Positions 1 to 8,512 of a DNA stretch of 64,000 nucleotides are shown here, piece by piece. The notes beneath the pieces are model-generated. The model worked only from the letters and a program-made list of their open reading frames with translations. It was not told where the DNA came from and ran no database searches. This stretch comes from an uncultured virus (IMG/VR IMGVR_UViG_650377941_000004) (lineage: Duplodnaviria > Heunggongvirae > Uroviricota > Caudoviricetes). The first letter of the stretch is position 1, and each line of letters opens with the position of its first letter. Location: IMG/VR virus record IMGVR_UViG_650377941_000004. One strand, given 5' to 3'. The translations under genes and the position numbers were made by a program.

Positions 1-38
1 TCAAGAGGCCGTGAGTTCGATTCTCGCCACTCGGACCA
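1..38 (+). tRNA. 3' half of a tRNA gene (possibly tRNA-Pro), prophage integration target
   Basis: TCAAG-AGGCC-GTGAG TTCGATT CTCGC-CACTCGG-A-CCA: T-arm, acceptor 3' strand and CCA. The anticodon lies outside the window, so the isotype is a guess. Confidence 0.8.
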
Positions 39-1545
39 GACGCATCCCAGACGAACTTTCTTTTTGTAAGTTTGTCTGGGATGTTTTTTTGTTTTTGTTA
101 ACGGTTTCTTCTGAAACATTAAAATTGATAACCAGTTCACGGTCACTAACTACCATACTTGTTACGAAAGTGTTAACAAGTCGGCGTCCATACTCCGGTG
201 TACGCTCGGACGGCTCCACCAAGAACTGTTCCAGCAGGAAAAGGTACTGCTCTTTGGTGAATACAACCGGCTTCTCCTTTTCCAGAGCAGAGAGCTGGAA
301 GTTCAGAGTGCGCTCCTGTTCGGTCAGATCATCCAGACGGGCGCACAGCTGCGCATTAGCGGTGCCGTTTTCAATGGCGTCCAAAATGTTTTTACTGCGG
401 CGGCGGACATCGGAAAGGCTCTGTTCGATGGCTACACGTTCGGCGTTGGGCTTTTCAACGTCGGCCTTTTGCACCTCGACCATGGCTTCGGCCAGTGCTT
501 CCATAGATTCCGGCTGCAAGAGATGATCCACGATGGACTGCATGACCTTTCCTTCCAGATCGTCCTTCGGGATGTTCCGCAGGTGGCAGTCCTTATTGGG
601 GCAGGTGTAGTAGCGGTAGACTTCGCCGGTGGCACTGTGGCCGCTCATACCGCGCATGAGGGAACCACAGGAGCAGTAGAGCTTGCCGGACAGGATGTAG
701 TCCGCTTTTGGTTCATTCTTTGCCTTGAGCTGACGGTTCAGTTTCAACATGGTTTGTGCCCTCTCCCAAAGTTCATCGTCGATAATGGCCGGAATGGCTC
801 CTTCAATGCGCACGTCATACGATTTGCTGATGTACACGCCGCGATAGGCTTCGTTCTGGATGATCCGGGGAATGCTGCTCTTGTTGAAGGGGTTGCCCTG
901 ACTGGTGCGCAGTCCTTTGGCGTTGAGCTGTTCAACAATAGACATGGCGGATTCCCCGGCGGCGTAATGCTCAAAGATAAAGCGCACAGTGGGTGCGGTC
1001 TTTTCATCAATGACGAACCGTTTGTGCTCGTCCGTTTTCAGGCCAAGGGCGCGGCAACGGCTGATGGCCTGCCCTTTGAGAGCACTTTCCCTCATGCCGC
1101 GGCGCATCTTCTCAGCCAGCTCGGCGGAATAGTATTCGGCCAGCGCTTCCATCACGCCCTCAATGATGATACCTTCCGCACCGGGAATGTTGGATTCAGC
1201 AGCATAGACGATCTCAACACCGTTGTCACGCAGACGCTTCTTGTACACGGCAGAATCATAGCGGTTCCGGGCGAAGCGGTCTGTTTTCCAGCAGATCACC
1301 ATATCGAATGCACCCTTGTCGCTGTCAGCAATCATTTGTTGGAATGCCGCACGATCATCGGTCTTGCCGCTGATGTGACGATCCACATATTCTTTCTGGA
1401 TGGTCATATTGTGCAGGCGGGCGTAGGCCTCGCAGTCCCGGCGCTGGCCCTCAATGGATTGCTCAGTCTGCCCGCTGCCGCCGCTGTATCTGTAATAGGC
1501 GACCAGCCGAACCTCGCCGCCCTTGTTGAATTTTCTTTTTGCCAT
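1..1545 (-). CDS. Large serine recombinase (integrase)
   Basis: N-terminal YYRYS...SIEGQ resolvase domain, DRFARN, recombinase domain, Zn ribbon (LSGKLYCSCG...YYTCPNKDC), coiled coil; ATG 1545 preferred over 1659. Confidence 0.95.
   Translation of the reverse strand: MAKRKFNKGGEVRLVAYYRYSGGSGQTEQSIEGQRRDCEAYARLHNMTIQKEYVDRHISGKTDDRAAFQQMIADSDKGAFDMVICWKTDRFARNRYDSAVYKKRLRDNGVEIVYAAESNIPGAEGIIIEGVMEALAEYYSAELAEKMRRGMRESALKGQAISRCRALGLKTDEHKRFVIDEKTAPTVRFIFEHYAAGESAMSIVEQLNAKGLRTSQGNPFNKSSIPRIIQNEAYRGVYISKSYDVRIEGAIPAIIDDELWERAQTMLKLNRQLKAKNEPKADYILSGKLYCSCGSLMRGMSGHSATGEVYRYYTCPNKDCHLRNIPKDDLEGKVMQSIVDHLLQPESMEALAEAMVEVQKADVEKPNAERVAIEQSLSDVRRRSKNILDAIENGTANAQLCARLDDLTEQERTLNFQLSALEKEKPVVFTKEQYLFLLEQFLVEPSERTPEYGRRLVNTFVTSMVVSDRELVINFNVSEETVNKNKKTSQTNLQKESSSGMRLVRVARIELTAS
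14..57. other. attL (tRNA arm + GGACCA core + phage arm)
   Basis: AGTTCG-N13-GGACCA-N13-CGAACT; the phage arm is an imperfect inverted repeat of the arm at 53440-53463. Confidence 0.7.
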
Positions 1546-1663
1546 ACCTTGAGCGTCCTTTCGAGTAATCGTCTCATTTAACCCGCAGATTAGACGAAAG
1601 CGCAACGTGTGAGACGAAAAATCATAAATCGCTGCTGAATTATATAAATACAGTTTCATCTAT

Positions 1664-1701
1664 AGCCCGTCAGGCTTCGGCCCGGCGGGCTTTTTCTTTT
1701 T
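1664..1701 (+). terminator. Intrinsic terminator-like hairpin
   Basis: AGCCCGTCAGGC TTCG GCCCGGCGGGCT followed by a T-tract on the + strand. Confidence 0.6.
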
Positions 1702-1873
1702 GCAAATTTTACGAAAATGAAGAATAAAAGATAATCAACGTAAAATTGTGGAGTAAAAAGGCGAATTGACTTTGGAAAAGATGGCGGCTCCGCGTGCTAC
1801 ACTGGATATGTAAGCAACAGAGTGTAGCACGCGGAGGTTCCCCTGTATTGACAGGGGAACCTCATGGATTCTA

Positions 1874-2182
1874 TCAAGCCTCACCATTGAGATCAAGAAG
1901 TTTGCAAACTGCGCTCTGAATGGCAGGTGTCGCGCTTCGATATTGCTCCAATAGGTTACGCTCAAACTCCGAGAGAAGGGGATAACGAACACCACGGCTG
2001 CTTCCAAGAAGATAGTCGATGCTGCAATTGAAGTATTCACCGAGCTTTAAGAGCGTTTCATAGTCCGGTTCACGCTTGCCGGATTCATAGTTGCCGTATG
2101 CTTGACGAGAAATACCGAGATAGTCAGCGACTTCCTGCTGGGTAGCGTGAGATTCTTTACGGATGATAGTCAGATTTTCCAT
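1874..2182 (-). CDS. CI-like XRE HTH repressor
   Basis: TQQEVADYLGISRQAYGNYESGKREP HTH motif; divergent from the cro-like gene; GGGGG RBS. Confidence 0.9.
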   Translation of the reverse strand: MENLTIIRKESHATQQEVADYLGISRQAYGNYESGKREPDYETLLKLGEYFNCSIDYLLGSSRGVRYPLLSEFERNLLEQYRSATPAIQSAVCKLLDLNGEA

Positions 2183-2203
2183 TGAGCATCCCCCTTTTAC
2201 TTT

Positions 2204-2232
2204 ATTATAGCAACTGATTGTTGCTTTTTCAA
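2204..2232 (-). promoter_or_regulatory. Leftward (repressor) promoter
   Basis: TTGAAA-17-TATAAT on the minus strand. Confidence 0.7.
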
Positions 2233-2415
2233 CAGAGGAAACAAAATGTTGCAAAGAAACTGTGCAATACGCTGAAAATGCAACGTATTGTTGACATTTG
2301 AAAGGAGCAAAGCTATTATGATAGCAACGACACGTTGCAAGGGAGGGAGAGAACAGGTGAGAGAATACCTTATTGAAGCCCGCGAAAAGGCCGGTCTTAC
2401 GCAACAGGATGTTGC
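2210..2415. promoter_or_regulatory. Five GCAAC-N5-GTTGC operator palindromes
   Basis: Exact at 2210-2224, 2324-2338 and 2401-2415; one mismatch at 2238-2252 and 2280-2294. Confidence 0.75.
2291..2319 (+). promoter_or_regulatory. Rightward (lytic) promoter
   Basis: TTGACA-17-TATTAT. Confidence 0.8.
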
Positions 2416-2608
2416 AAACCGCATTGGAATCTCGCGGCAGTATTATCAGATGGTCGAAACCGGAGAGCGTCAGAAGCGGATGGACTTGTCCCTTGCGGGC
2501 GGTCTGTCGGTGGTTCTGAATATTCCGATTGCTGAGATTGTGCAGAGGGAAAGCGCCGCACAGGAATCCGAAAGGCAGGAGGGCGGAGCACATGACGCTG
2601 AAACCTGA
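2357..2608 (+). CDS. Cro-like XRE HTH regulator
   Basis: LTQQDVANRIGISRQYYQMVETGER; GTG start after GGGAGG. Confidence 0.85.
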   Translation: MREYLIEAREKAGLTQQDVANRIGISRQYYQMVETGERQKRMDLSLAGGLSVVLNIPIAEIVQRESAAQESERQEGGAHDAET

Positions 2609-2876
2609 ACACATTGTAGAAGCGCTGAACAAAAAGACGTTTGATGAAATCGACCCGGACGAAGTTCTGAAACATTACGGCTACAAGCCGGAAGAAGTTC
2701 GTTGCAACGGCGTCGGGATCGGTGTATGGCGCAAGGAAGAAGCGTTTCAGAAGTTGGGGGACATCGGGGCATTCATGAGGTTTGTTGACCATAAAGCAAA
2801 AGCCCGGATCGAGTTCAACTACGACCCGGACTTTCCGGCGGCGTTGCTTATTACACACGCCGCCACAAAGACGTAA
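2592..2876 (+). CDS. Hypothetical phage protein
   Basis: ORF with GGAG RBS overlapping the end of cro. Confidence 0.65.
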   Translation: MTLKPEHIVEALNKKTFDEIDPDEVLKHYGYKPEEVRCNGVGIGVWRKEEAFQKLGDIGAFMRFVDHKAKARIEFNYDPDFPAALLITHAATKT

Positions 2877-2878
2877 GA

Positions 2879-3088
2879 TCAGTTTCCCAGAAGCGTGCAT
2901 TTGCATCCTTGAGGAAAACAAGGAGAAGATTCAAAGTCCTCTGGCGATGTCCAGCAAACCTCTGCGGATTCAAGGCCGGATGTTCCAACCTTTTCAAAGA
3001 CTTCCCATGCGTACTGTTCCATTTTCTTACAAGCTGCTATACGTTCAGATATGGGTAGTGCGCAAAGATCGACAAAGTAGTATTTCAT
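2879..3088 (-). CDS. Small hypothetical protein (counter-oriented, moron-like)
   Basis: GGAGGGGG RBS and upstream TATAAT on the minus strand. Confidence 0.55.
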   Translation of the reverse strand: MKYYFVDLCALPISERIAACKKMEQYAWEVFEKVGTSGLESAEVCWTSPEDFESSPCFPQGCKCTLLGN

Positions 3089-3174
3089 AAATTCACCCCC
3101 TCCCCATTTTATATGTTCAAATTATAGCACGGCGGGGAGTACAAGCACAACAAGGAGCACGAGGGTATGAGCAA

Positions 3175-3360
3175 ATGGCCGAAAAGATGAAGCCGGACAA
3201 GCTGATGCTGGATGTCCGGCAGGCCGACGCCGCGGGGCTGTCCTACGGCAGGTGGAGATTTGAAGAAACCGAGCGTATTCGCAAGGGAAAAGAGATCATC
3301 CGCCGTCAGTGCGAAGAACGGCGGCGTCGGCGAGATGAAGCCTTATCTGGCAAGGGCTGA
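3175..3360 (+). CDS. Hypothetical phage protein
   Basis: RBS; AxxAGLSYGRW motif common in Clostridial phage small proteins. Confidence 0.6.
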   Translation: MAEKMKPDKLMLDVRQADAAGLSYGRWRFEETERIRKGKEIIRRQCEERRRRRDEALSGKG

Positions 3361-3418
3361 AAGAACACGCCAGAGCGGCCCGCATGGGCAGGCGGTATGT
3401 CCGACACCGCCTTTATAT

Positions 3419-3486
3419 GGTGCGGCCAGTGCAGGCGGGGAGCGTCAAGCCCCGCCGCCCGGTGTCAACTCCGGGGCGCACCCCCA
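3419..3486 (+). ncRNA. tRNA-like structured RNA 1
   Basis: GGTGCG/CGCACC acceptor-like stem + CCA, CCCGG/CCGGG T-like arm, internal GGCGGGG/CCCCGCC hairpin, no D arm. Confidence 0.5.
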
Positions 3487-3525
3487 TATCCGAAAATTTA
3501 CCTGCAAGCAGAAAGGACAAAGAGT

Positions 3526-3873
3526 ATGGCATACGCATTTATTCACGGAGAGGTCAAGGGCAGCGGTGCGTCGGTCGAGTTCAAGGGAAACGGGCTTGAT
3601 CTGCTGGATTTGACGATCCAGATCGTGGGCAGCGTTGTAGCAGAAGTTCCCGAACCGCTTCGTCCGCACGTTATCAAGAAGATTCAGGACAAAATTCCTG
3701 ATGCGGTGCAGAACGATTTGGAAGCGCAGGGAAAGGCGGCTCCGGCAGAGAAGAAGGAAAAGCCTCCCGTTGGCGAAACGGTGGGGTTCCGCATGGCCCG
3801 GCAGTTTGCAGAGACAGAGCCGGGCTTCAAGGACTTCATTATGGCGCTGGCCGACAAGTTGTCGAACGGCTGA
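3526..3873 (+). CDS. Hypothetical phage protein
   Basis: AAGGA RBS; paralog-like N-terminus to the next gene. Confidence 0.7.
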   Translation: MAYAFIHGEVKGSGASVEFKGNGLDLLDLTIQIVGSVVAEVPEPLRPHVIKKIQDKIPDAVQNDLEAQGKAAPAEKKEKPPVGETVGFRMARQFAETEPGFKDFIMALADKLSNG

Positions 3874-3889
3874 GTTTGGAGGTCGGAAT

Positions 3890-4186
3890 ATGAACTGCAA
3901 TGTAAAAATCACAGCCGTGGGAACGGCTGACGGTCTGGAAGTCAGCATTCACGGCGGTTCGGTTGGCATGATGACGGCGGCAGAGCTTATTGTGGTCCGT
4001 GTCCTCATGGCAGTAGCAGACGACGAGGAAAATCTGGCAGGTCTGAAAGACAGTATGTTTGAGATTATCAATGAAATGGTCAAGGACTGCTGGGCTGAAA
4101 AGACGGCCAAGACGGAAGCCGAAAAAGAAGCTGCAGTCAACCAGCTGAAAGCCTTTGTGGCAATGCTCTTTGAACCGGAGGACTGA
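3890..4186 (+). CDS. Hypothetical phage protein
   Basis: GGAGG RBS. Confidence 0.7.
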   Translation: MNCNVKITAVGTADGLEVSIHGGSVGMMTAAELIVVRVLMAVADDEENLAGLKDSMFEIINEMVKDCWAEKTAKTEAEKEAAVNQLKAFVAMLFEPED

Positions 4187-4407
4187 CACAGGGCGGTTCC
4201 AATGGCGGGAGGAACGAAAACAAAACCCGCTGCCAGAAATACAGGCAGAAAGGCGGGGGAGTGTGAGCAGTGAATTTACGCCCTTTGTGGCGGCGTCCAT
4301 GCGGGAAATGCTTTTGGATATGCTCGAAAAGCACCCGGAGATTTTCGACAGACCGACAAGATACCCGGAGGGCCGGGCAGAATTTTTGAAACAGAAGGAG
4401 CCGAACC

Positions 4408-4974
4408 ATGGATAACGAAAAACTGTATGAGGACATGAAGCCGAAAGAAAAGTTTGAGGTTCTCTGGGCGGAGAGCGGCCTTGCTGATCGTCCGGGAGCG
4501 GAAAACCTTTGGCAGCAGATGGTGGCTTTAGGGTTCTTTGAAAAGCCTGCAAGCATTAAGCACCATTCCAACCATCCCGGCGGTCTGTGTGAGCACTCGG
4601 TTTGTGTGGCAGAGGCGGCAATGGAACTGTGCAGAACAAATCACGCTTTCAAAAAGTGTAACCGGAATGAAGTTCTTGCGGCGGCGCTCCTGCACGACTA
4701 TTGCAAGGTGGGCAAGTACCGCGATAAAGGCAACGGCGAGTACGAATACTTTGACGCCGGTCTGGTGGGCCATGGAGAAGGAAGCGTCATCATGGCACAG
4801 CAGTACATCAAGCTGACGGCGCGGGAGATCGTGGCGATTCGCTGGCACATGGGAGCATACAGCGGGTCGCAGGACTGGGATACGCTCAGTGCTGTTTATG
4901 ACCGCTACCCGGAAGCCCTGTGTCTGCACTTCGCGGATATGATCGCTACACACTACGATGAAGTTCCTTTCTGA
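4408..4974 (+). CDS. HD-domain phosphohydrolase
   Basis: PAS..HH...GGL.EHS, LLHDYCKVG, GHGEGS, IRWHMG, LHFAD motifs. Confidence 0.9.
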   Translation: MDNEKLYEDMKPKEKFEVLWAESGLADRPGAENLWQQMVALGFFEKPASIKHHSNHPGGLCEHSVCVAEAAMELCRTNHAFKKCNRNEVLAAALLHDYCKVGKYRDKGNGEYEYFDAGLVGHGEGSVIMAQQYIKLTAREIVAIRWHMGAYSGSQDWDTLSAVYDRYPEALCLHFADMIATHYDEVPF

Positions 4975-5197
4975 GGCTGTAAATGAAGGTACATAACAGA
5001 AGTCCCACCGAAAAAGACCTGCACAAAAATGAACAGTGCAGGCACACGTTCGAGATCACCCACAAACGGTGTGCACCGTGCAGTGGCTATGATACGAACT
5101 GTGAACGTTACGAAAAAACCAAGGGTGCTGCTGATACAAAAACATCTAAGGTATGAATGAGCCGCCACGCACCGCGTCAGCGCGGCGGCTTTTATAT

Positions 5198-5265
5198 GGC
5201 GCGGGGCTGAACCTTGAAACGACGCAGGGGGAAACCGCCAGCGGGGCCACACCCCGTCCGCGCCG
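5198..5265 (+). ncRNA. tRNA-like structured RNA 2
   Basis: Perfect 7-bp GGCGCGG/CCGCGCC stem, 5-bp arm with a 7-nt loop in the T-arm position, non-canonical interior. Confidence 0.5.
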
Positions 5266-5549
5266 CTTTGCAGCAGGTATTCATGGAAGCCGGTGCGTTT
5301 GTCCATAATTTGACGCACCGACAGGGGCAGAGGGTGCCGTATGGCGGCGTTTCTCCCGTGTAAGCTGGTGCAAGACCACGCTGCCTTTCTGCCAAGCTAC
5401 GCCCGCATGACGGTGCGGAAACCGATTTGGGCGTGCACGCCGCATGAGCGAAGAAATGCCTTGTCCGATCCACCCAAGCCAAAGGTGGAAGGTCTGCTTG
5501 ACCAAGACCGGCCCGCCGCGCTGCTCTCTTGCGCGGTGGGTTCTGATAT

Positions 5550-5626
5550 GCGGGTGCAGCAAGGAAGTTGTCCGCCGTCCTGATCCCCCATCGGTAGGCA
5601 AGCCGGTTCGATTCCGGCCACCCGTG
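5550..5626 (+). ncRNA. tRNA-like RNA 3 (non-canonical anticodon arm; possibly a pseudo-tRNA)
   Basis: GCGGGTG/CACCCGT acceptor stem, GCAA/TTGT D-like arm, GCCGG TTCGATT CCGGC T-arm. Confidence 0.6.
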
Positions 5627-5662
5627 CAAGAACTATGAAAAAATCAATAGGAGGTAAAAAGA

Positions 5663-5863
5663 GTGCTTTACGTCGATGCAATAAGGATTTTGGAGAAAAT
5701 TGCACAGGCGAGATTCCTTCACGCGACAATGCCGAAACAAGAAGAAATCGAAGAAGCGATTAAGGTTGTGGCAAGTCAGGTAACGGTTCAGGCTTGTCCG
5801 GGCTTCGCGCTTCATGCCGCACTGTGGTGGATGGCAATTAAATCTAAAGAGGCAGAAGAATGA
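5663..5863 (+). CDS. Hypothetical phage protein
   Basis: GGAGG RBS; stop overlaps the MTase start. Confidence 0.65.
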   Translation: MLYVDAIRILEKIAQARFLHATMPKQEEIEEAIKVVASQVTVQACPGFALHAALWWMAIKSKEAEE

Positions 5864-7275
5864 TTCATTTGGGCGACATTACTAAAATCCATGGAGACCA
5901 GATTGAACCCGTGGACTGCATCACGTTTGGTTCGCCTTGTCAGGATTTGTCCATGGCAGGCTTGAGAGCTGGCCTTGAGGGGAAAAATTCCGGTCTGTTC
6001 ACAGAAGCCATAAGAGTTATTGTAGAAATGAGGGTTGCCACAAATGGAATGTATCCAGCTTTCGCTATCTGGGAAAATGTTCCCGGAGCTTTCAGCTCAA
6101 ACGGCGGAGAAGATTTCAGAACCGTGCTGGAAAAACTTGCCCACGCGGCACAACCAGACGTTTCAATTCCTCGACCTGCGGGGGGGGGGGGGCGATGGTG
6201 CAAGGCCGGAGCAATCATCGGAAACGGCTGGTCTCTGGCATGGCGGTTGCTCAACGCTGAACGTTGGGGAGTGCCCCAGCGTAGAAAGCGTATCGCAGTT
6301 GTCGCAGATTTTAGAGGTCAATGTGCCGCAGAGATACTTTTTGAGCGCACGGGCCTGTCAGGGAATCCTGACAAGAGCATCCCGACGTGGCAAAGCGTTA
6401 CCGGATTTACTCAAAACTGCCCTGCTGGACATGATCGAGTGGTGGCAGGGGAGGCAGCCTACACCCTGAAAATCCGTTCGGGATGTGCAGGAGGCGGGAA
6501 AGGCGCACTGGTGCAGACAGAAAAGACGGGAACGCTCTCGACGCTTCAAGACCAGACCCTTTTCCAGCCAATCGTCTTTGACGCTCGTGGAAATGGCAAC
6601 GGTAAGACAGTTCCGACCATTACCGGGGATCATGAGAGCCGCGTCACAGACTATACGGCTATTGCGGTCGATCTGTACAACGGAGCTGTTACCGGAAGCA
6701 AGGCGGCAGCCTTGAGTTGCAAGAATACCGGGACGACAGCGGGGCCGCAGGTTGCTGAAAGAAAAACCTATAGCGAGCAGACTTTCTCTACATACAAGGA
6801 AAGCGACAGCAGTGCAACACTGAAAGCGAAAACGGGAAATATCGGAAACGGTGGGGAATGCCTTGTGGCGGAACGTGTCGTGCGCTGGATCGTCCGAAGA
6901 TTGACCCCGACGGAATGTGAGCGCCTGCAGGGATACCCGGACGGATGGACAGACATCGGGGAATGGACGGACACCAAAGGGAAAAAGCATAAACCGGCAG
7001 ATACGCCGCGCTATAAGGCACTGGGAAACAGCATTGCCCTTCCGCAGTGGTTCTGGATTGCCCAGAAGATGCGGCCATACCTGAAAGATAAGCCAACACT
7101 GGGAAGCCTGTTTGATGGAATTGGCGGTTTCCCGCTTGTGTGGGAGACGGCATATGGAGCAGGTACAGCAGTGTGGGCGTCTGAAATTGAAGAATTTCCA
7201 ATTGCAGTAACAAAAAGGTGGTTTGGAAATGACACGGAAAATGAAAGCAATTCTGGTGCTGTTCTTCGCGGCTGA
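5860..7275 (+). CDS. DNA (cytosine-5) methyltransferase, circularly permuted
   Basis: GSPCQD, WENVPG, PQRRKR, RRLTPTECERLQG, YKALGNS; motif I (SLFDGIGG) is at the C-terminus. Confidence 0.92.
   Translation: MIHLGDITKIHGDQIEPVDCITFGSPCQDLSMAGLRAGLEGKNSGLFTEAIRVIVEMRVATNGMYPAFAIWENVPGAFSSNGGEDFRTVLEKLAHAAQPDVSIPRPAGGGGRWCKAGAIIGNGWSLAWRLLNAERWGVPQRRKRIAVVADFRGQCAAEILFERTGLSGNPDKSIPTWQSVTGFTQNCPAGHDRVVAGEAAYTLKIRSGCAGGGKGALVQTEKTGTLSTLQDQTLFQPIVFDARGNGNGKTVPTITGDHESRVTDYTAIAVDLYNGAVTGSKAAALSCKNTGTTAGPQVAERKTYSEQTFSTYKESDSSATLKAKTGNIGNGGECLVAERVVRWIVRRLTPTECERLQGYPDGWTDIGEWTDTKGKKHKPADTPRYKALGNSIALPQWFWIAQKMRPYLKDKPTLGSLFDGIGGFPLVWETAYGAGTAVWASEIEEFPIAVTKRWFGNDTENESNSGAVLRG
6044..6469 (+). CDS. 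Alternative-frame overlapping MTase subunit (M.EcoHK31I beta-like)
   Basis: Nested +1 ORF with LSQILE..VPQRYFLSARACQGILTRA..RGK.LP. Confidence 0.6.
   Translation: MECIQLSLSGKMFPELSAQTAEKISEPCWKNLPTRHNQTFQFLDLRGGGGDGARPEQSSETAGLWHGGCSTLNVGECPSVESVSQLSQILEVNVPQRYFLSARACQGILTRASRRGKALPDLLKTALLDMIEWWQGRQPTP
6180..6192. repeat. G13 homopolymer in the MTase gene
   Basis: 13 consecutive G. Confidence 0.9.
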
Positions 7276-7759
7276 GATCGTCAACAGCGCAAAGGTCGGC
7301 GTACTGAAAGGCCGTATTGCAGACCTTGAGACCCAGCGGGATATTTACGCAAGCCGTGCCCAGAACTGGCTTGACCGGGCTGTAGAGGACGAAGAAGTTA
7401 TTGATTCTCTGCAAATTCGCCTTGATGAAACAGCGGACAGGAAAATCGAGCTGACAGAGGCAGGTACATTTTTCTGCACGGCATATTGCACAGAACAGTA
7501 CGAACATATCTGCGGAGAAGGACACGGAATTACGGCCAGCGGCCAGCCTATACAGGCAGGCGTCACTGTGGCAGCGGACACGTCCATCTTTCCGTATGGA
7601 ACGGTTCTGTACATTGAGGGCGTAGGAATCCGCATTGTGCAGGACAAAGGAGCCGCCATTCAGGGAAAACACCTTGATGTAGCTGTGGACACTCACGAGA
7701 ATGCCGAGAAGTGGAACGGCTGTGGAAATCATAGAGTATGGGTTTTGAAGGAGGAATAA
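7241..7759 (+). CDS. 3D-domain (cell-wall binding/lytic) protein
   Basis: TAYC...GITASG...VAAD..IFPYGT.LYIEGVG...QDKGAAIQG.HLDV; hydrophobic N-terminus. Confidence 0.85.
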   Translation: MKAILVLFFAAEIVNSAKVGVLKGRIADLETQRDIYASRAQNWLDRAVEDEEVIDSLQIRLDETADRKIELTEAGTFFCTAYCTEQYEHICGEGHGITASGQPIQAGVTVAADTSIFPYGTVLYIEGVGIRIVQDKGAAIQGKHLDVAVDTHENAEKWNGCGNHRVWVLKEE

Positions 7760-7762
7760 ACT

Positions 7763-8257
7763 ATGGCGAACTGGGTAAAAGGAAAACTTAAAATCCGCGG
7801 AAAGCCGGAAGATATTAAGCGGTGGGTGGAAGAATGCCTGCACTGCTACTTCACAAAGTGGTTTAGAGATGGCTCATACGAAGATGAACTTGTAGATGAC
7901 GCTGTCGTATTTGAACATGATCCGAAAGCCCGCGAGATGCGTTTGGATACGATCGAGGACGCTTATATCGAAGGAACGAAAAGAAACTTTGTTGAAAAGG
8001 GGGTCTACGGGGATTCTTACAGAGAAGATGAAAAGCCGATCCTTGTTGTAAGCATGAAAGCAGCATGGAACGTTGATGAAACGCCCTACATTGAAATGTC
8101 CAAAAAGTACAATGTGGATTTCCGCGTGTATGGATATGAAATGGGTTTGGAGTTCAACAGGGAAATTGAGATCGTGGAGGGCAGACTTGTCACGAACCGG
8201 AGAATCAAATTTAAGGACTACAAATGGGAATGCCCTGATCCGACGCTTGGAGGGTGA
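7763..8257 (+). CDS. Hypothetical phage protein
   Basis: GGAGG RBS; long ORF in operon. Confidence 0.75.
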   Translation: MANWVKGKLKIRGKPEDIKRWVEECLHCYFTKWFRDGSYEDELVDDAVVFEHDPKAREMRLDTIEDAYIEGTKRNFVEKGVYGDSYREDEKPILVVSMKAAWNVDETPYIEMSKKYNVDFRVYGYEMGLEFNREIEIVEGRLVTNRRIKFKDYKWECPDPTLGG

Positions 8258-8260
8258 GCG

Positions 8261-8512
8261 GTGAAGATAAAAAGAGCGCTGGAAGAAGTTGCAGCAGAGG
8301 CCCAGAAGGATGGGTATGGGTTTGAATATATGCGAAACATCCGGGATGGATCGCTTGAAATGAGAATTTTCAAGGGACGATTTGGCGAAAGGGTGACTTT
8401 ACCCGTCAGGGAAGTGGTCGAGCATGAAACGTCCGGGACGGGGCACAAGCTCATTTTCGATACTTACTTTGCCCTGAAAGATCAATACGAGAGGGACGAA
8501 GTATGGATGTGA
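8261..8512 (+). CDS. Hypothetical protein
   Basis: RBS, operon spacing. Confidence 0.6.
   Translation: MKIKRALEEVAAEAQKDGYGFEYMRNIRDGSLEMRIFKGRFGERVTLPVREVVEHETSGTGHKLIFDTYFALKDQYERDEVWM

Noticed and set aside
5360..5385. Twister-sister ribozyme (GCTGGTGCAAG resemblance)
   Set aside because: Only a short T-loop-like match; the other conserved stems are not identifiable.
5550..5626. Canonical functional tRNA call
   Set aside because: No 5-bp stem/7-nt anticodon loop and no encoded CCA; kept only as tRNA-like.
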